64,000 nt of DNA, taken from contig MU058037.1 in NCBI GenBank assembly GCA_013265495.1, positions 1,799,498 to 1,863,497 of the forward strand. The letters are read 5' to 3'. Source of the DNA: Vicugna vicugna (Eukaryota). Below, in pieces: positions 37,360 through 50,619 of this stretch; positions within the stretch are counted from its first letter, which is position 1; the number at the start of each line of letters is the position of its first letter. The notes beneath the pieces are model-generated. The model saw nothing but the letters and a program-made list of their open reading frames with translations. It had not been told where the DNA came from and searched no databases. The position numbers were made by a program, and so were the translations under genes.

Positions 37360-37904
37360 TGTCAGAGACTGTATTTTCCAATGATAGCCATTTCCCATTC
37401 TATATACTCTTCTTAAAATGAACTTTGCCACTCCCTCACTGAGAGGTGAAGTCTGTGTTCCCTCCTGAAGCCACAAAGATGACTGTATGTACCAATAGAA
37501 TATAGCAGAAGTGATACCATGTTACTTTCAAGACTAAGTTATAAATGGTGATAGAGCTTTCATCTGGCTCTTCCTGGGATGCTTGCCCTTGGAACCTAAC
37601 TGCAACACTATGAGGGAATTTAGGCTACATAGAAGGGCCATATGTTCACATTCTGGCCTAGAGTTCCAACTGAGGTCCCAGTCAGTTGCCAGCATCACCA
37701 CCAAACTTGTGAGTGAGGAAAAAGTTGAAATGAATCCAACTACCTACATGCAGCTGAATGAGAAACTCTGAGTAAAAAGGGCCTAGCTGAGCCCACTCAA
37801 CCCAAGAAATGTGAAATAATAATCGTAATAATAATAAATGATTGTTGGTAGCTTATACCACTAAGTGTGGAGTGGTTTGCTATATAGTAATAGACAACCA
37901 GAAC
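37360..37904 (+). mobile_element. MaLR solo LTR (MLT1F/G-like)
   Basis: TGTCAGAGACTGTATTTTCC start; CCAATAGAATATAGCAGAAGTGAT; CTAGCTGAGCCCACTCAACCC; end TGGTTTGCTATATAGTAATAGACAACCAGAAC. Confidence 0.8.
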
Positions 37905-39344
37905 TTACATAAAAAAATAAATTAAAAAGAGGGCTGTAAAACATTAATTTGTCTGCATTGATGAAATGCTTGTGTTAACCCAGTCCTACTATACAGTGGA
38001 GGCAACAGTCACCCAAACCCCTGAATGGAGAACTGAAGTAACCACAAATTGAGAAGGCAAAAGGAGCTTTTAAAAAACACTTTTAATCACAGCTGCAAGA
38101 GAGGTCTACATTGCTGGGCATGACTGGAAAATACTAGCAGCTGTTGGACAGGGCTGGCAAAAATCTTAAGGGAGCAGGAAAGCCCAGTCTGGACAATAGC
38201 TTGAGGACAACGTTGTCTCTGAGAGGCAGGGTAGAGAACCAAGTGACTCTGCAAACAGTGGTCACAGCTGCAAATCAAAGAGCCATTTCACTTTTGGATT
38301 TTGGCCATATGATGGTCATTTTTTTCAACACTCATGCAAAATGAGCATGACGAGACAGATATCTCTGCTTGAACCAATACTTTGAATGTTAATGTTACAT
38401 CATACAGATTTCATTAGTAGAGCAGTGCTCTGCATAACCTTATCCATACTTTTATTTTTCTTTTTAACTGATTAAACAAACAGCACAGCCTAAAATGAGT
38501 CAAAACTGTTCTTGAAAGATCAGAAGGTATGAGGGGAGTTCTGAGAACTGGGTCACAAAAAGTCTGTCACAGGAATACAAGTCTTCAGTGACACTGGGCT
38601 ATAAGGAGGGACCTCAGGGTCTGTGAAATCAAGGGCAACAATTGGGAACTGGGAAAGCGGACCCATCTGGAGAGTGAATAAGGCTGGATCACAGACTGCA
38701 GGGAGAAAACAAGGAAGGACAATTTGGAAACTTCTTGAACATTTATCCGTCTCTTCATCCTTATAAAATTTGGCAGTAAGTCTTTTGTAAGGCTAGAGAT
38801 TAATTCTTAAAGGGCAAGTCTTGGTCTTCTGGCTATCAGAGCCATGCTAGGCTTTCTTTGAGCTCATCCAATGGTAGATTTCACACACTTAAAAGCCTGT
38901 TAGTTGTAGAATGAGTAATCGGGTTGATTCTTCTGTCCACACCTTTCCATCATATGCTTTGTCAGTCTGGGAACTGTCTAAGAAAATTCACTGTATACTT
39001 ATCCTACTTACAGTACATTGTAGAAGACTATTTCCTTCTAAAACTCCACTTGATTCAGAGCTTTATGCCACTTTGCCTTTCTTCTCTTTGATGTGTTTGC
39101 TTTCCTGATTCACTTAGAAGAACATTTTCAAGTTTCTTTTATGCTTTTTCAAAGTGTTCCACATGCATTACCCCCTGCACTGAGTATTATTAGTCACCTT
39201 TTTAATTGCTGGGAACCAAGTAAGAGGTGGGCTTCTATGAGGCCTGGCAACACAGGGAGTGTTGAAATACAAAGTGTATGCATACATGTGGTGGTGACAA
39301 GCTGGGCATAGTGAACAGTCGGGTTGACTACCTAGGTGAGTCAG

Positions 39345-39765
39345 AATTGCAGGTTGGGCTCACTGGGAAGCAGACTCAGAGAGAGATTAGCATGCAGGAG
39401 GTTCATTGGGAAGTGCTCTACAGATCAAAACCTGGAGGAAGCATACCCGACAGAGGGAGAAGTTGGGTGTTAATGCAGTCTTAAGAGAGACTTCAACCAA
39501 CCCCACATGGAGTGCTGAACCCTGAAAGGTTGCCCTGCATTACAAAAAAGGGTCTATGTCTTTATACATCCCCATTATGTTCATTGGATACAGGTTGCCC
39601 CTGGGAAAGATACATGACCTTAGGTGAAGCAGCTCTTTCCAACTGCAATTTCTGGAGAGGGCTGACAGCCGAGGACTGTCTCTTGGCTGCATTACCAGAA
39701 GCTGAGGAAATGAGTCCTTCAGTCCCAAAGAAGGATCTAGATGGCACAATGCAGTATCTACTATA
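39345..39765 (-). mobile_element. ERVL solo LTR (LTR16-like)
   Basis: GGTTGGGCTCACTGGGAAGCAGACTCAGAGAGAGATTAGCATGCAGGAGGTTCATTGGG...CAGTATCTACTATA; end mirrors the start of the 1090 copy. Confidence 0.75.
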
Positions 39766-39964
39766 CTCAAAATGGGTCCAAGGACACATCTTTAAGTTTG
39801 TGCCAGATCTGGTTGATGCATTTGACTTGAGAAGAAGTGCTTGGGAGGGCAGGGGAAGTAAGGAAAACAGTTGCTGTCTCAGACTACATTCTCTCAAAGT
39901 GGAATCTTTAAATACTTCTCAAGATATAGATATAAGTTGAAAAAAATACTAGGGGAAACAGTTT

Positions 39965-40570
39965 GAAATATCTGATTGAAACACTAGTTTTCAGACTATG
40001 AGATGAGTAGAGATGGTAGTCCAAGGGTGTAGATGAATGGTTTGTAAAGGTAATCCATTAGAAATGGAAGAAGAGAACCACAAAAGAATTATGTCATGAA
40101 AGTCAAGGGAAGAGATAGTTTTAAGAAAGAATATTCAACAGTGTCAAATTTCAAGTAATTTCCTCCCCCTCCCCAATAAAAGGGCTCAGGAAGTAGTCTG
40201 GTAATAGTCACTCTGGACAAAATCATTTCAAACGAATGGATGGGGCAGAAGTCAGACTGCAGTGGATTAAAAAGTGAGTGTAAAATTGGGAAAATATATG
40301 AGAGCGAATCACTATTTTTTCCTTCTGTGGAGGAAGAAAATATGAATTCATCACTTGTACTGAGATTTTAGTCTGAGGAAAGTTTTCTTTTGAAAATGGG
40401 AATGAAGTGAACATGGGTATAGGCTGAGAGGAAGGAATTAGGTGAAAAGAAAAGTTGAAGATAAAGACAGTCAAGGATAATCAATGATTTCTGGTCCTGA
40501 AGCTGATGGGAGGCAATGGAATCCATGGCACAAGTGTAAGAGTTGGATTTGGATGGTGATTTCCCTCTTC
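39965..40570 (-). mobile_element. L2 LINE fragment
   Basis: GTCATGAAAGTCAAGGGAAGAG...CAACAGTGTCAAAT; GGGGCAGAAGTCAGACTGCAGTGGATTAAAAAGTGAGTG. Confidence 0.65.
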
Positions 40571-40899
40571 AGAAACAAGCTAAAGAGAGGCAAGTGTAAT
40601 TGTTTTAAATATTCATGAATAATAGCACAATAAACTCTTATTTACTAAGGAATAAGTAAGAAAGACTATCACACAGCAAGGATGGCCTTTAGCTAATAAG
40701 AAGCCAATATGGATACCTCATGTTTCCTTAAGCTTATTTAAGTAGGTGACTTATTTAGGATTATAATACTGCATCAAGTACACACTTGTCATCATCCACA
40801 TGTTTGGCTGGGATGTTACTTATTAATAAACTTATAGAATTTTAAAGAAGAAAGGGACAATTTTAGGCAACTATGACTATAAATATAAGGTTTATTGAG

Positions 40900-41310
40900 G
40901 AAAATGATCTAGGCAGTTTCAGATACTGAGATGACCTTGTTCTGTATCATGTGATCCTATACCCCTGGCCTCAGCTGCCTAGACTAGGGAGAACATCCAA
41001 TTCTAAAGCAGCCAAACTACAAGCTATCTAGTGGTTCACTGGACAAGAGGTCCTGGTAGTCCCAGTGGCCTGTGAGAACATTGTTCATCAGGAATGTTGG
41101 TGATGGATTGAACCAACTTAATCTCTTTCAGTTACTTGGGGTAAGAAACAAAAGGAAAAAACAAGAAAATTGTTAGTGGCAGCAGAAGCTGAAAGATACA
41201 CAAAGAGAAGGCTGGTAAGAGAGGCCCTGAGGCAACTTGGACTGTGAGCGCCTCATATTTGAGAGGAAGCTAGGAAAAAGGAGGAACTGGGAAACAAACA
41301 GAGAAAAAGG
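40900..41310 (+). mobile_element. Old MaLR LTR fragment (MLT1K/L-like)
   Basis: CATGTGATCCTATACCCCTGGCC...TGATGGATTGAACCAACTTAATCTCT resemblance. Confidence 0.4.
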
Positions 41311-41439
41311 TGAAGTCAATGCAATGCCAAGTGCTTGGCCCAAGGTCACAAACTTAGTGACTAGCAAAATCTGAATCAGAGAGCTATTTAGTCATTTTTC
41401 TTTCTGTTTCTGTAACAGATGAATGCCTTCAGCTATTCC

Positions 41440-41640
41440 ACAGTACCTTCCAAACCTGGCTGTGAATCAGAATCAACTGAAAAGCTTTTGAAAAAATACA
41501 TTGCTGATCCCTAGGTCTCACTTCTGGAAATTCTTCTTCTCTAAGTCTGGCTGTAGCCTTTGGGTCTGTGCTTTTGATAAGCTCTGCAGGTGACTCTGAT
41601 GTGGGAGGTCAACTAACCTGTATCTGGGAATCACTTTCCC
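41440..41640. mobile_element. MER5-like hAT-Charlie MITE
   Basis: CCAAACCTGGCTGTGAATCAGAATCAACTG...AAGCTCTGCAGGTGACTCTGATGTG...GGGAATCACT. Confidence 0.7.
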
Positions 41641-42299
41641 AGGACATAGCTCTGTGCCCAAGTGCCTTTAGTTACTCATTTAAAATTCAGGTCCAGGAAG
41701 ACTTCATTGTTACTATGGTGACGGAACAGGCGTTAATAGGAATATTTATATTACTAAGATTGGAAATGAAGGGAATTGCATTACCAGCATAGCAATTACT
41801 CTTTCCTGGGCTGGCATCAAACCTAGAAGCTCCTGTTTAGAAAGCAGATCATGCATTCCTTCCCCTAACTCTTTAGCAAAATGACTAAGCCTGAGTTTCC
41901 ACTGCATTTTTTGTAATTTTTCACATCTTTGTAAGCGTACCTACCTATACATAGAAAAGTATTTTTCAGAAGTGCCTTCCAGAGGATGAAGTCTTAATGT
42001 AATTATGTTTGAAATTCATGGCAAATATTTGGGGCATATCAGAAGAGGGTCTGTGCACGTGGAATAGATGTTTAGAGAATGGACCTTTTTTATTTTGAAC
42101 ACTACCCTGTGTCTTGTATCTGCATACCTACGCAGCACAGTCAGAACTCAATAATCTCTTGTTGATTGATGCTTGATTGATTGATTAGGCCCTTAGGTTA
42201 AAGTCATGGTAGCCTTATTTTCATTTCTTTCCACCATTACCCTTCACTCTTCTTCCTTCTCCAGATAAAGTGGAAATCCAGTGAACTGTTATCTTGTAG

Positions 42300-42589
42300 T
42301 TTGGAGGCTTCCAAGTAGTCCTTCAAGCCCTCCAAGTAAAGCATGCCTTCTCAGTGGAGGTGATATCACCTCTGAGGGGTCCCAAGTCAGTTCTTGGTGG
42401 AGCCCCCCCAAAAATCTTAGATATTATAATGATCTGTGGCTGCCAAAGGGCCACATAGTACATAAACAGATACACAGTGAATCTGTGGTGTTAAAATTTC
42501 ACGATGTGGGGAGGTTATTTGGGAAAATATGTCTAAAAAAGTCTCCTTAGGTGGGAAATAGTAATTTAAAAAAAGGTTGAGAAATACTG
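42300..42589. mobile_element. hAT-Charlie-like MITE fragment
   Basis: Ends AAAAAAGGTTGAGAAATACTG (reverse CAGTATTTCTCAACC, hAT TIR type). Confidence 0.5.
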
Positions 42590-43714
42590 TTTTAAGGACA
42601 AAGTCCTTATAAAGTCCTGGCTGCCTAGCATCTGGGCTTTGTCTCAGGGCACAAATGGATTACCATAAGGAGTTTCAGTGGTGGATTGGCAGAATGAGTC
42701 AGTCAGGCGGGCCAGCTCCCTGGCTGGCCATTAAAGACTCCCTGGGTAGCATCACATTAGCAACCAAGTGTTCTGTTTGAGGAGTACTTGAAGAGTTAGC
42801 ACTCTTCAGAGGAGCCTGAAGGATTTAATATAATGAACAGGATTTCAAGGGATGAGTGGGCTTTTATAGATGAAGGCCCCTAATTCAGTTCTACAAGAGG
42901 AAATGGGAATCAGCTGATTACTAATGGGGGCATTACAATAGTGAAATAGCCAACTGATGAATGAGTTATTCAAAATGTTATTTGCCCAGAGACACTTCAA
43001 GAAATGGAGGAGAGACAAAAGCCTATAAGTTAACCCAAACATCATGACCTATTTGAGTATGTTGAGTCCAAAAGTCATAATGTGGCAGAAATAATTCATC
43101 TAGACAGTGTTTAGAATCATTTCTATCAAACTCTCTAATGGAGAATTGATTTGATTATTTAGGTAACTACGTGATCTAGAGTTGTTTAAGTGACTATTTT
43201 TGTCAAATTATTGACTTTTTGTATTCAAGACTAAGCCAGTTGTGTTGATATGAACAATGCGTTAAAGTTATAATTACTATATATACAGTGACAATTTGGG
43301 AAACAGAAACAGAAATGAAAGATTAAGGTACAAATATATCATATTTAAGTTTCTCAAAATGTGTTATTGTAGGCTCAGAACTGCACATTAATCTCCTATA
43401 ACAGATTATTTCACTTCATGCATCTCTCATATGTTGTTGGTAAATACCTGTAGCCTGTTAAACCAATATAGCTCTGGGATGCTGAATTTTCAGATAACAG
43501 TTTATCAGTGTATCATAACTTTAGACTACTGTATTTACAATACAGTATACTATTTATCATATAGTTTACTTAAATTATTATATTCATAGTACAATGCATC
43601 CTATATTAATCTTGCCTTTCACGTTGTGACATGAAGGGGTCTTGGCATTATCATTAGAGCAATGTCCAAAAACATCCAATGATGAGGTAGGGCTTCTAGG
43701 GTGAGTGTCTTACA

Positions 43715-44157
43715 TGTGTCCTTTTATATCCCTTATCCTTATATCACTCCACCTGCTACTCTGTGCCCCAGGAGGCTGACGTCTGCAGGCTGCCTCAGCA
43801 GGTTCCCTTGCCCTTTGGCTTTCCATTTGGCCAATGAGAGGCACCTACAAGAAACACGAAAGTGGGAGAAATAAGAAGAGGGTGTTTATCCCCTCCCCGC
43901 CTGGTCACCAGGAGTTCACTGCTTCTCTCTAAGCTGTCTCCATATAGCTACTCTCCCCAGCTTCTAGTAATGACTCCCTCCCCTTACTTCTTCAGGCTTC
44001 AAATTCTCTGATGTTGCTATCCCTGGGGCACTGCAATATCCCATGTTGTTTTTCCAAAACTCTTCCTAAACCTTTGCAAATGGTTCAGCCCTTGAATTCT
44101 CCTTAGTTACCCAGTTTGAGTGTACCATCTTTTTCTGCAGGAACCTATACTGACATT
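43715..44157 (+). mobile_element. ERVL solo LTR (LTR33-like)
   Basis: CTCTGTGCCCCAGGAGGCTGAC...TCCCTTGCCCTTTGGCTTTCC...TTGGCCAATGAGAGGCACC...TTACCCAGTTTGAGTGTACCATCT. Confidence 0.8.
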
Positions 44158-47100
44158 ACACCATAGTGGTCTATAGGATTATGTCAGATCACTGACCTTT
44201 TACTGTATTATGCTCTCTAGAAGCTAAATTGCTAGAAAAGGACATTTGACTTTCCAAGCCCCAGATATTAGTAAATGAATTAGTTAGAGCACAGCTGTGA
44301 AAGCTAGAATATTATGCAAAGGTGGGCACTGCTCCTGTGCAGAATACTATTGCATGCCATTTAAGACAAATTGAGGTGCCCATTAATTGTGAGGAAGGGC
44401 TGTTGGTAATGCAAACATTTTACCTTCAATTTGAGACAAGCAGAATAAACAATGGACATTTTGGAAGATACTAGCAAAACAGTGGATCCAGACAGCTTTG
44501 CTTTTATTACTAAGAAAGGTAACAAAATTAATTTCCTGTGGAGACTGAATGATTTTTATTACTTCCCTTAAGCCAGAATTAATAATTTAGAATGGTTCAG
44601 AATAGCCTTAAAAATGCCTCAAATTTGATGTGGACTTACATAGCAATATTCATGTCTACCTATCAATGTGCAAGCTTTCAAATATAGAAAATACAGGTAA
44701 GAGTTTGTTTGTTTGCATGTATAGATAGCTTTAAAGCTAATAGACTAGAGCGAATTCAAGTTTTTTATTCTGAAATGTGTGCATGGGACCACCATTGATT
44801 GTGCCTACCACTGAGAAATATTAAGCAATAAATTTCAAAGCAAAGGAAACTTAGAAAGTCGTCATCACTTCACATTTGGAAATCCTTTAACTCAGCTTTG
44901 TTCCACAGAGAACTGAGAGGATACTGGGTTATCTCTTCATGCCTTCCTTTTTGTAATCAGATTCATCTGAGACTAGCTGCTGAATACATTCTAAGTGTCA
45001 ACATTATTATGCTTCTTTTTTGCAAAGGAAAATTAAATGTGCATGTATTTTCAGTAGTTAGGACTGTGGATTGTTGACATCCCCTAAACATCTTACTACG
45101 GAGAACTCTATGAAAAGTTCCTTGGCACAGGCAAAGGCAGATCTATCAGACAGATGTACCTCTTACTTGCACTGGAATTCCTCTAGGGTCATATATGTCT
45201 ACATAAGGCAGATGGCTTAATAATTACTTCTGAAGAGTTCATGAAGACCAGCTATTCAAGGTCAGTGAGGGTGCTGGAAATTTCCATATTGATGAATACA
45301 TTTCACACTAGTAATATGGGCAGAGAGAGTGATTGTCCTTATTTGGTCCCCTACCCCCAGCTGGGCCTAGCTCGCTCTGGACACTTGATGAATATTAATT
45401 GAGATGGAAATTAATTGAAGTGATGAACTCCCAAAGAGGGAGAAGAACAAGGACTGAGGGCATGTTATCAATTGACATGTGATGGGTTTTCCCTTTTCCC
45501 TGGACCCCTAGAAGAAATATAGATTCAAGACCTAGTCATTTTCCCCTACTGGCAACTCCATCTGGCATCCACGCGAAGAGGTCTGTCGTGCAGCCTTGTG
45601 TTTTGTAGCCGTACAGAATCCAGCACTAGGTTTGCACGCCGCTTAGTCAGTGGAGAAGCCCTCCAAGTGCACTCCCACCGCTAGAGTGGCAAAGAGCCTT
45701 TGCTAATCTTTTCCGTCTCCATGGGGTTAGCCCTTAGAATTATGGGACCGAGCCATAACTCTGCTTGCAAAAGCCATAATAATGATGATTTCATCTCAGG
45801 CTGTTTGTAGAACTCTGACTCCCCTGTGGAGTCTGAGAGTTAGGGGAAAGACAGGTTACATAAGAGGGAGAAGTAAACACAGATTGGCTGGCTGTGTAGT
45901 ATCTGGGGTTTTCATTGGTACAAGTAGAAAAATATTTGTTCTGTGAAGAAAAGTGAAGGAGTCTTTTTCATTTCTATCAATTTGGCATTTTTTTGCTGAG
46001 GTCTTTTCTAACACTCAAACAATTACACTGCCAGAGGTTTTTTCTTCCCAGGGCAAAAAGCACTGTATACACATTCTCTCTCTTTCTCTCTGTCTCTCTC
46101 CCCTCCCCCAACCCTGGCTTTTGAACTGCTTGGGTGCATTTGTGATATACAGATTTCTGTAGTGTTTTTATCTTATTGTTCAGGGGTTTTTTTTTGCCTA
46201 TTGTCCTGTATTTCACATGACAACATTTTGGACAATTCTTAAGCATGTTTTATAACCATTTATTATTGAATTATATTACCCCAGCTGACTGACTGAATGT
46301 ATTGAAATATGTAGACTCATCAAACTGCCTTTTTTCATGATGATTCCAGTGAGGCATTTAATGCCCCTGCCCTAACCCCATCCTTGGGACGTTATCACAA
46401 AATTAATAATGAAACAAAGTTTGACACATAAAAGGTACAGATAATACCTTTTATTACAGATATAGATAGTACACATACAGAGTCTGGATAATACTAAAAT
46501 ATTATTATCCAGGTTTACTAATAATAAAGATATATACTTTATTGTTTTCTTAAAAGTGAAAAAAAGATGAAAATAATTTAATTCACCCAGTCATCTGGAT
46601 CATTCAAGTGAAAAACCTCTTTTTTTCGAGGTATTTTCAGACCACAAGATAATCATCAAGGACACTAAAATCTTGGTTATTTACCAAGTCATCCTAAGAA
46701 CACTCAGATTTGTCTTAAAGGTTGATTTATAGACAGAGAGAATATGGTAACTTAGAATCTGAGAGTTGATTTCATGTTCAGGCAATTTACTTTGAGGGAA
46801 TCAGAACTGAAGTGAGCCTAGACTCAAGCATCAGATACTTTAATAGCTCCTTTTCACTTCCCTCAGATACATAGGGCATATTTTTAAAAGATCTCTGAAA
46901 AATAAACAACCAAAAATCCCACCTCTACCAGTCCCATGATTTGAAATCAGGCACAGCCATACCAGGATGCTCCCAATCTCTTTTCATTGTGGATGGCTGT
47001 GTACTGTGTAATAATTCAGTTCTGAATAGAACATATCGTTTAGCTTTCATGGGAAATCAATTTTCTTCCTGGTTTGGAATAATATTAAGTTGTGTTTTTC

Positions 47101-47269
47101 CCATCTGTGCCTATGAGTACAGACCAATGAAGGATTCAATGGAAAAGTTTTCAGAGATTTGATTCAGATAAATCTTCTTTATGTTGAGTACACATTTAAA
47201 GCTTATATAAGACATAGTAAATTAGCAAAATGGCCAATGTTGTGTGTCTCTAGTCCTTAAGGATGTGCA

Positions 47270-48330
47270 TAAACAGACATACTGGATATTTCCCCACAGG
47301 CATTTCATGAATATCTCTAACTCAACATGTCTCAAACTGAACTTATTACCCCACCTCCCTGCAAGCAAACCTGTATTCTCTAATGCCACCACCATTCACC
47401 TAGTTAACTAATCTAGATATTGGGAGTTATTCCAAGATCCTTTCTTTCCCTCATTGATTATGCTGAGACTTCTAGATGTTTTCCAAAATCTATTTCTTTT
47501 TCTTCCCGGGCATGGAACTAGACTACACTTCCCAGCCTCCAGTAAGATATGGCCATAGTACTAAGTACTAGTGAGTGGAATGTGTCTAGAAGTGTTATGA
47601 GCCATTTCCTGGCCAAAGCTTTTAAAATGAGGGTGTGCCCCTCTTCACACTCTCTCCCCTTTTGCTGACTATCAGGGGGTTCTAAGGGATGTTGGAACCA
47701 TAAGATGGAAGGAGACTGGATTCTTGGATCTTCAAATGAAGGAAAGCCTCCAGCTGACAAGGAACATCTTTCTTGGAGAGTTACATGTGGAAGAAATAAA
47801 CTTTTGTATTGTTTGAACCACTGTACATAATTGGGTCTTTTTTTTTTTTACTGCAGCGTAGCCTACTTAACTAATATACTGCTATTCCTAAGTTATTCCG
47901 TTCTGTCTCGTAGCTAGCTCTCGAATTCTCCCATCATCTCCAGCCCAGCTGTCCTTTCTTTTATCTAGGTTCTCACTCTCCTTAGACTGAGACCCTACAA
48001 TAGTCCTGATTTAGTTTCCTGGCCTGCCTTTGGCTTTATGTCTCTCCAAAGCATTATCTCAAACTGTCAATAATTACCTTTCTATGATATTCAGTGGGAA
48101 AACATTGCTGGCTTGAAAACTGTTCAGTGATCCTCATCATCTATACTAAAAATTCTACACCCTTGGCTCAGCAGTAAAGGCTCTTCATAGTCCCCTGCCT
48201 TCTCTTCTGGTTACACCTCTTGCCTCATTACCAGCCTTTACCCTGGGATCTACCTTCACTGATCTGCTTCTGGTCCCAAGAAGATGCTCATGCTGCTCCT
48301 CCTCCCCAGAATGCCCTTCTTCCTTCTGCT
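47270..48330 (+). mobile_element. L2 LINE fragment interrupted by an MLT1 LTR
   Basis: CTGGATATTTCCCCACAGGCAT...CTCAACATGTCTCAAACTGAACTTATT; resumes after 47880. Confidence 0.65.
47461..47879 (+). mobile_element. MaLR solo LTR (MLT1I/J-like)
   Basis: CTAGACTACACTTCCCAGCCTCC...ATGGCCAT...AAGATGGAAGGAG...AGAAATAAACTTTTGTATTGTTTGAACCACTG. Confidence 0.8.
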
Positions 48331-49309
48331 CAGTCCTTTCGTCTGGAGGGGCAGTTCATAGACTATCTCACTGCTTCCACTCCCAAGGAGGAGGAATATT
48401 GCTGTTGCCACTCAGGTATCTAATCGACCCCTAGTAGTTCTTTTTGAACTCCTCCAAACTGAAACTCCATTCACATAAAATGATGAATGAATAATGATTG
48501 TATCCAGGATTAAAGGAAACTTACGGGAGAGAGTTTTTTGCTCACAACACACTGCAGCAATTTAAATGTCTCCATTTGATGCTTTGATTCTTCCCCTAAA
48601 TCTTTGTTCAGGCTCTCTAACAGTCAGGGGCCTCATCTCCTTGATCTTTCCTCCAGGAAACTCCCAAACTTGTTCTTATTTAATGTGCAGCGACCCTCTC
48701 TCATTTTTGATGAAGCTTGAGCAATCTGAGAATTATTTCTATGCCATGGTGAGCTTATCAAAGCCCTTTTTAATAAAACTGTTCTTTCCCTGCAAAAATG
48801 TTCTTATACCACCTGCTAATAAAATAAAATGTTTTCTCACATATTTCATATATGTTGTTCAGGTTCAAGGATGAACACTGTTGGGGCAAACATTCTTGTT
48901 TTTCCTTTTAGGAACATCAAGAACAGCCCCATCAAGTTTTCACTCTTTTTCTTCCAATACTACATCTACTTCTGTGGCTTCTGTTACTACCATCTCAGTA
49001 TTAGCAATCAATAATACTTAATGAACTATCATAGTGTGCTAGGCATTTTTCTAAGTGTTTATATATTTATTGATTTTTTGGTCTTTCTTTAATCTAACAT
49101 TTCTATTTGGTGGGAACTGGACAATATAGTAAATTACACTGAAAACTCTCCTACAACATAATAGTTAGAAAATATAGATAAAATATTACAAACATTCTTA
49201 GAATCATAGCTGAGCTTGAAAGTAAGTGAAGGAAACTGTTAGGCATCAAAAATGAAGGGGAAACAGAAAACCAGAGTATCCGTTGGCAGACACTCTGAAG
49301 TATATTGTA

Positions 49310-49540
49310 TATAATTCTACAGGGTAACTGATGTAGTCTCCCAGAAATTTGCAGCAGGATTATGCTCCAGCCACCCACAGTGGCAATTTGCTCGATAATG
49401 TACTCTATTAGCTTTCTTCCCTTTCCTATCTCCCATCTCTCTTACTGGAGCTTCCTGGAATCACTTCTCAAATAAACTACTTATACTCAAATTCTCTACT
49501 CAGGCTCTGCTTCTGAGGGACTAGAACCCAAACTACGACA
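49310..49540 (+). mobile_element. ERVL LTR 3' fragment (LTR16-like)
   Basis: GCTTCCTGGAATCACTTCTCAAATAAACTACTT...CTCAGGCTCTGCTTCTGAGGG...CCCAAACTACGACA. Confidence 0.7.
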
Positions 49541-49747
49541 GGTCTTGACTCACCTGTTCATTTTCAGTACATTGTGGTATCTTGTACTTTAAATGTGGTC
49601 TAATTATAGTTGCTATTCTGTTAATCTAATCATAATCAAGGTGACCCTCACAAAATTGACAAATAGCTTAAAAGATTTCTGTGAAGAAAAACAACAAAAA
49701 CAACAATTCAAGTACAAATGAATAAAAAGAAAATAGAAGTGCTCTTT

Positions 49748-50320
49748 AAGATGTGGTCTGTGTATACACACACACACACACACACACAAAATGGAATATT
49801 ACTCAGCCATAAAAATAATGAAAGAATGTCATTTTCAGCAACATCTATGAACGTACAGATTATCATGTTAAGTGAAGTAAGTCAGACAGAGAAAGACAAA
49901 TATGATGTCACTTATATGTGGAACCTAAAAAAAAAGATACAATTTTATTTGAAAACAAGAAATACACTCACAGACTTAGAAAACAAATTGTGGTTACCAG
50001 GTGCGAAAGGTAGGGGAGGGATAGCTTAGGAGTTTGGGATTAATAGACTCACATTAGTATATATAAAATAAACACTAAGGACAAGGAACTTACATTCAAT
50101 TTCTTGTAATGAGCTGTAATGGAAAAGAATATAGTTCCCTTGTATAGCACAGGGAACTATATTCAATTTCTTATAATGAGCTGTAATGGAAAAGAATCTA
50201 AAAAAATATATGGATGTATATGTACAACTGAATCACTTTGCTATACACATGAAACTAACATTGTAAATTGACTACACTTCAATAAAAAATAAGAACTAAG
50301 AAAAAATACTAAAAAAAGTA
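49748..50320 (+). mobile_element. 5'-truncated L1 3'UTR (cetartiodactyl-type) with (CA)n
   Basis: AAGATGTGG...(CA)n...AATGGAATATTACTCAGCCATAAAA...CTACACTTCAATAAAAAA and A-rich tail. Confidence 0.9.
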
Positions 50321-50619
50321 TTAAATGCAATGATAATTTAATCAGTTGCATCTGAAGTCAACCCATAAAATTATTTGATAGACTATTTGAAATACAGGCT
50401 TAGGTACATGCTCTCTGATGATGAAGCATGACTTATCTATATTATATGCCTTGAAATATTATCTAATAGTGGCTGGGAATGTACAGTATATATAAGGAGG
50501 TTCATAATGGAAAGGGTGTTGGCAGCCAGCCTGCCTGTCTGCTACTTTGCTTCTGTACCCTGAAGTGAGGGCTGCCATTTAATGGTGTCCTACTCACAAC
50601 TGAAGGTTGTTAGTTAGCT

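Noticed and set aside
39512..39940. 142-aa and 111-aa overlapping ORFs
   Set aside because: Largely within an LTR16-like solo LTR; no coding hallmarks
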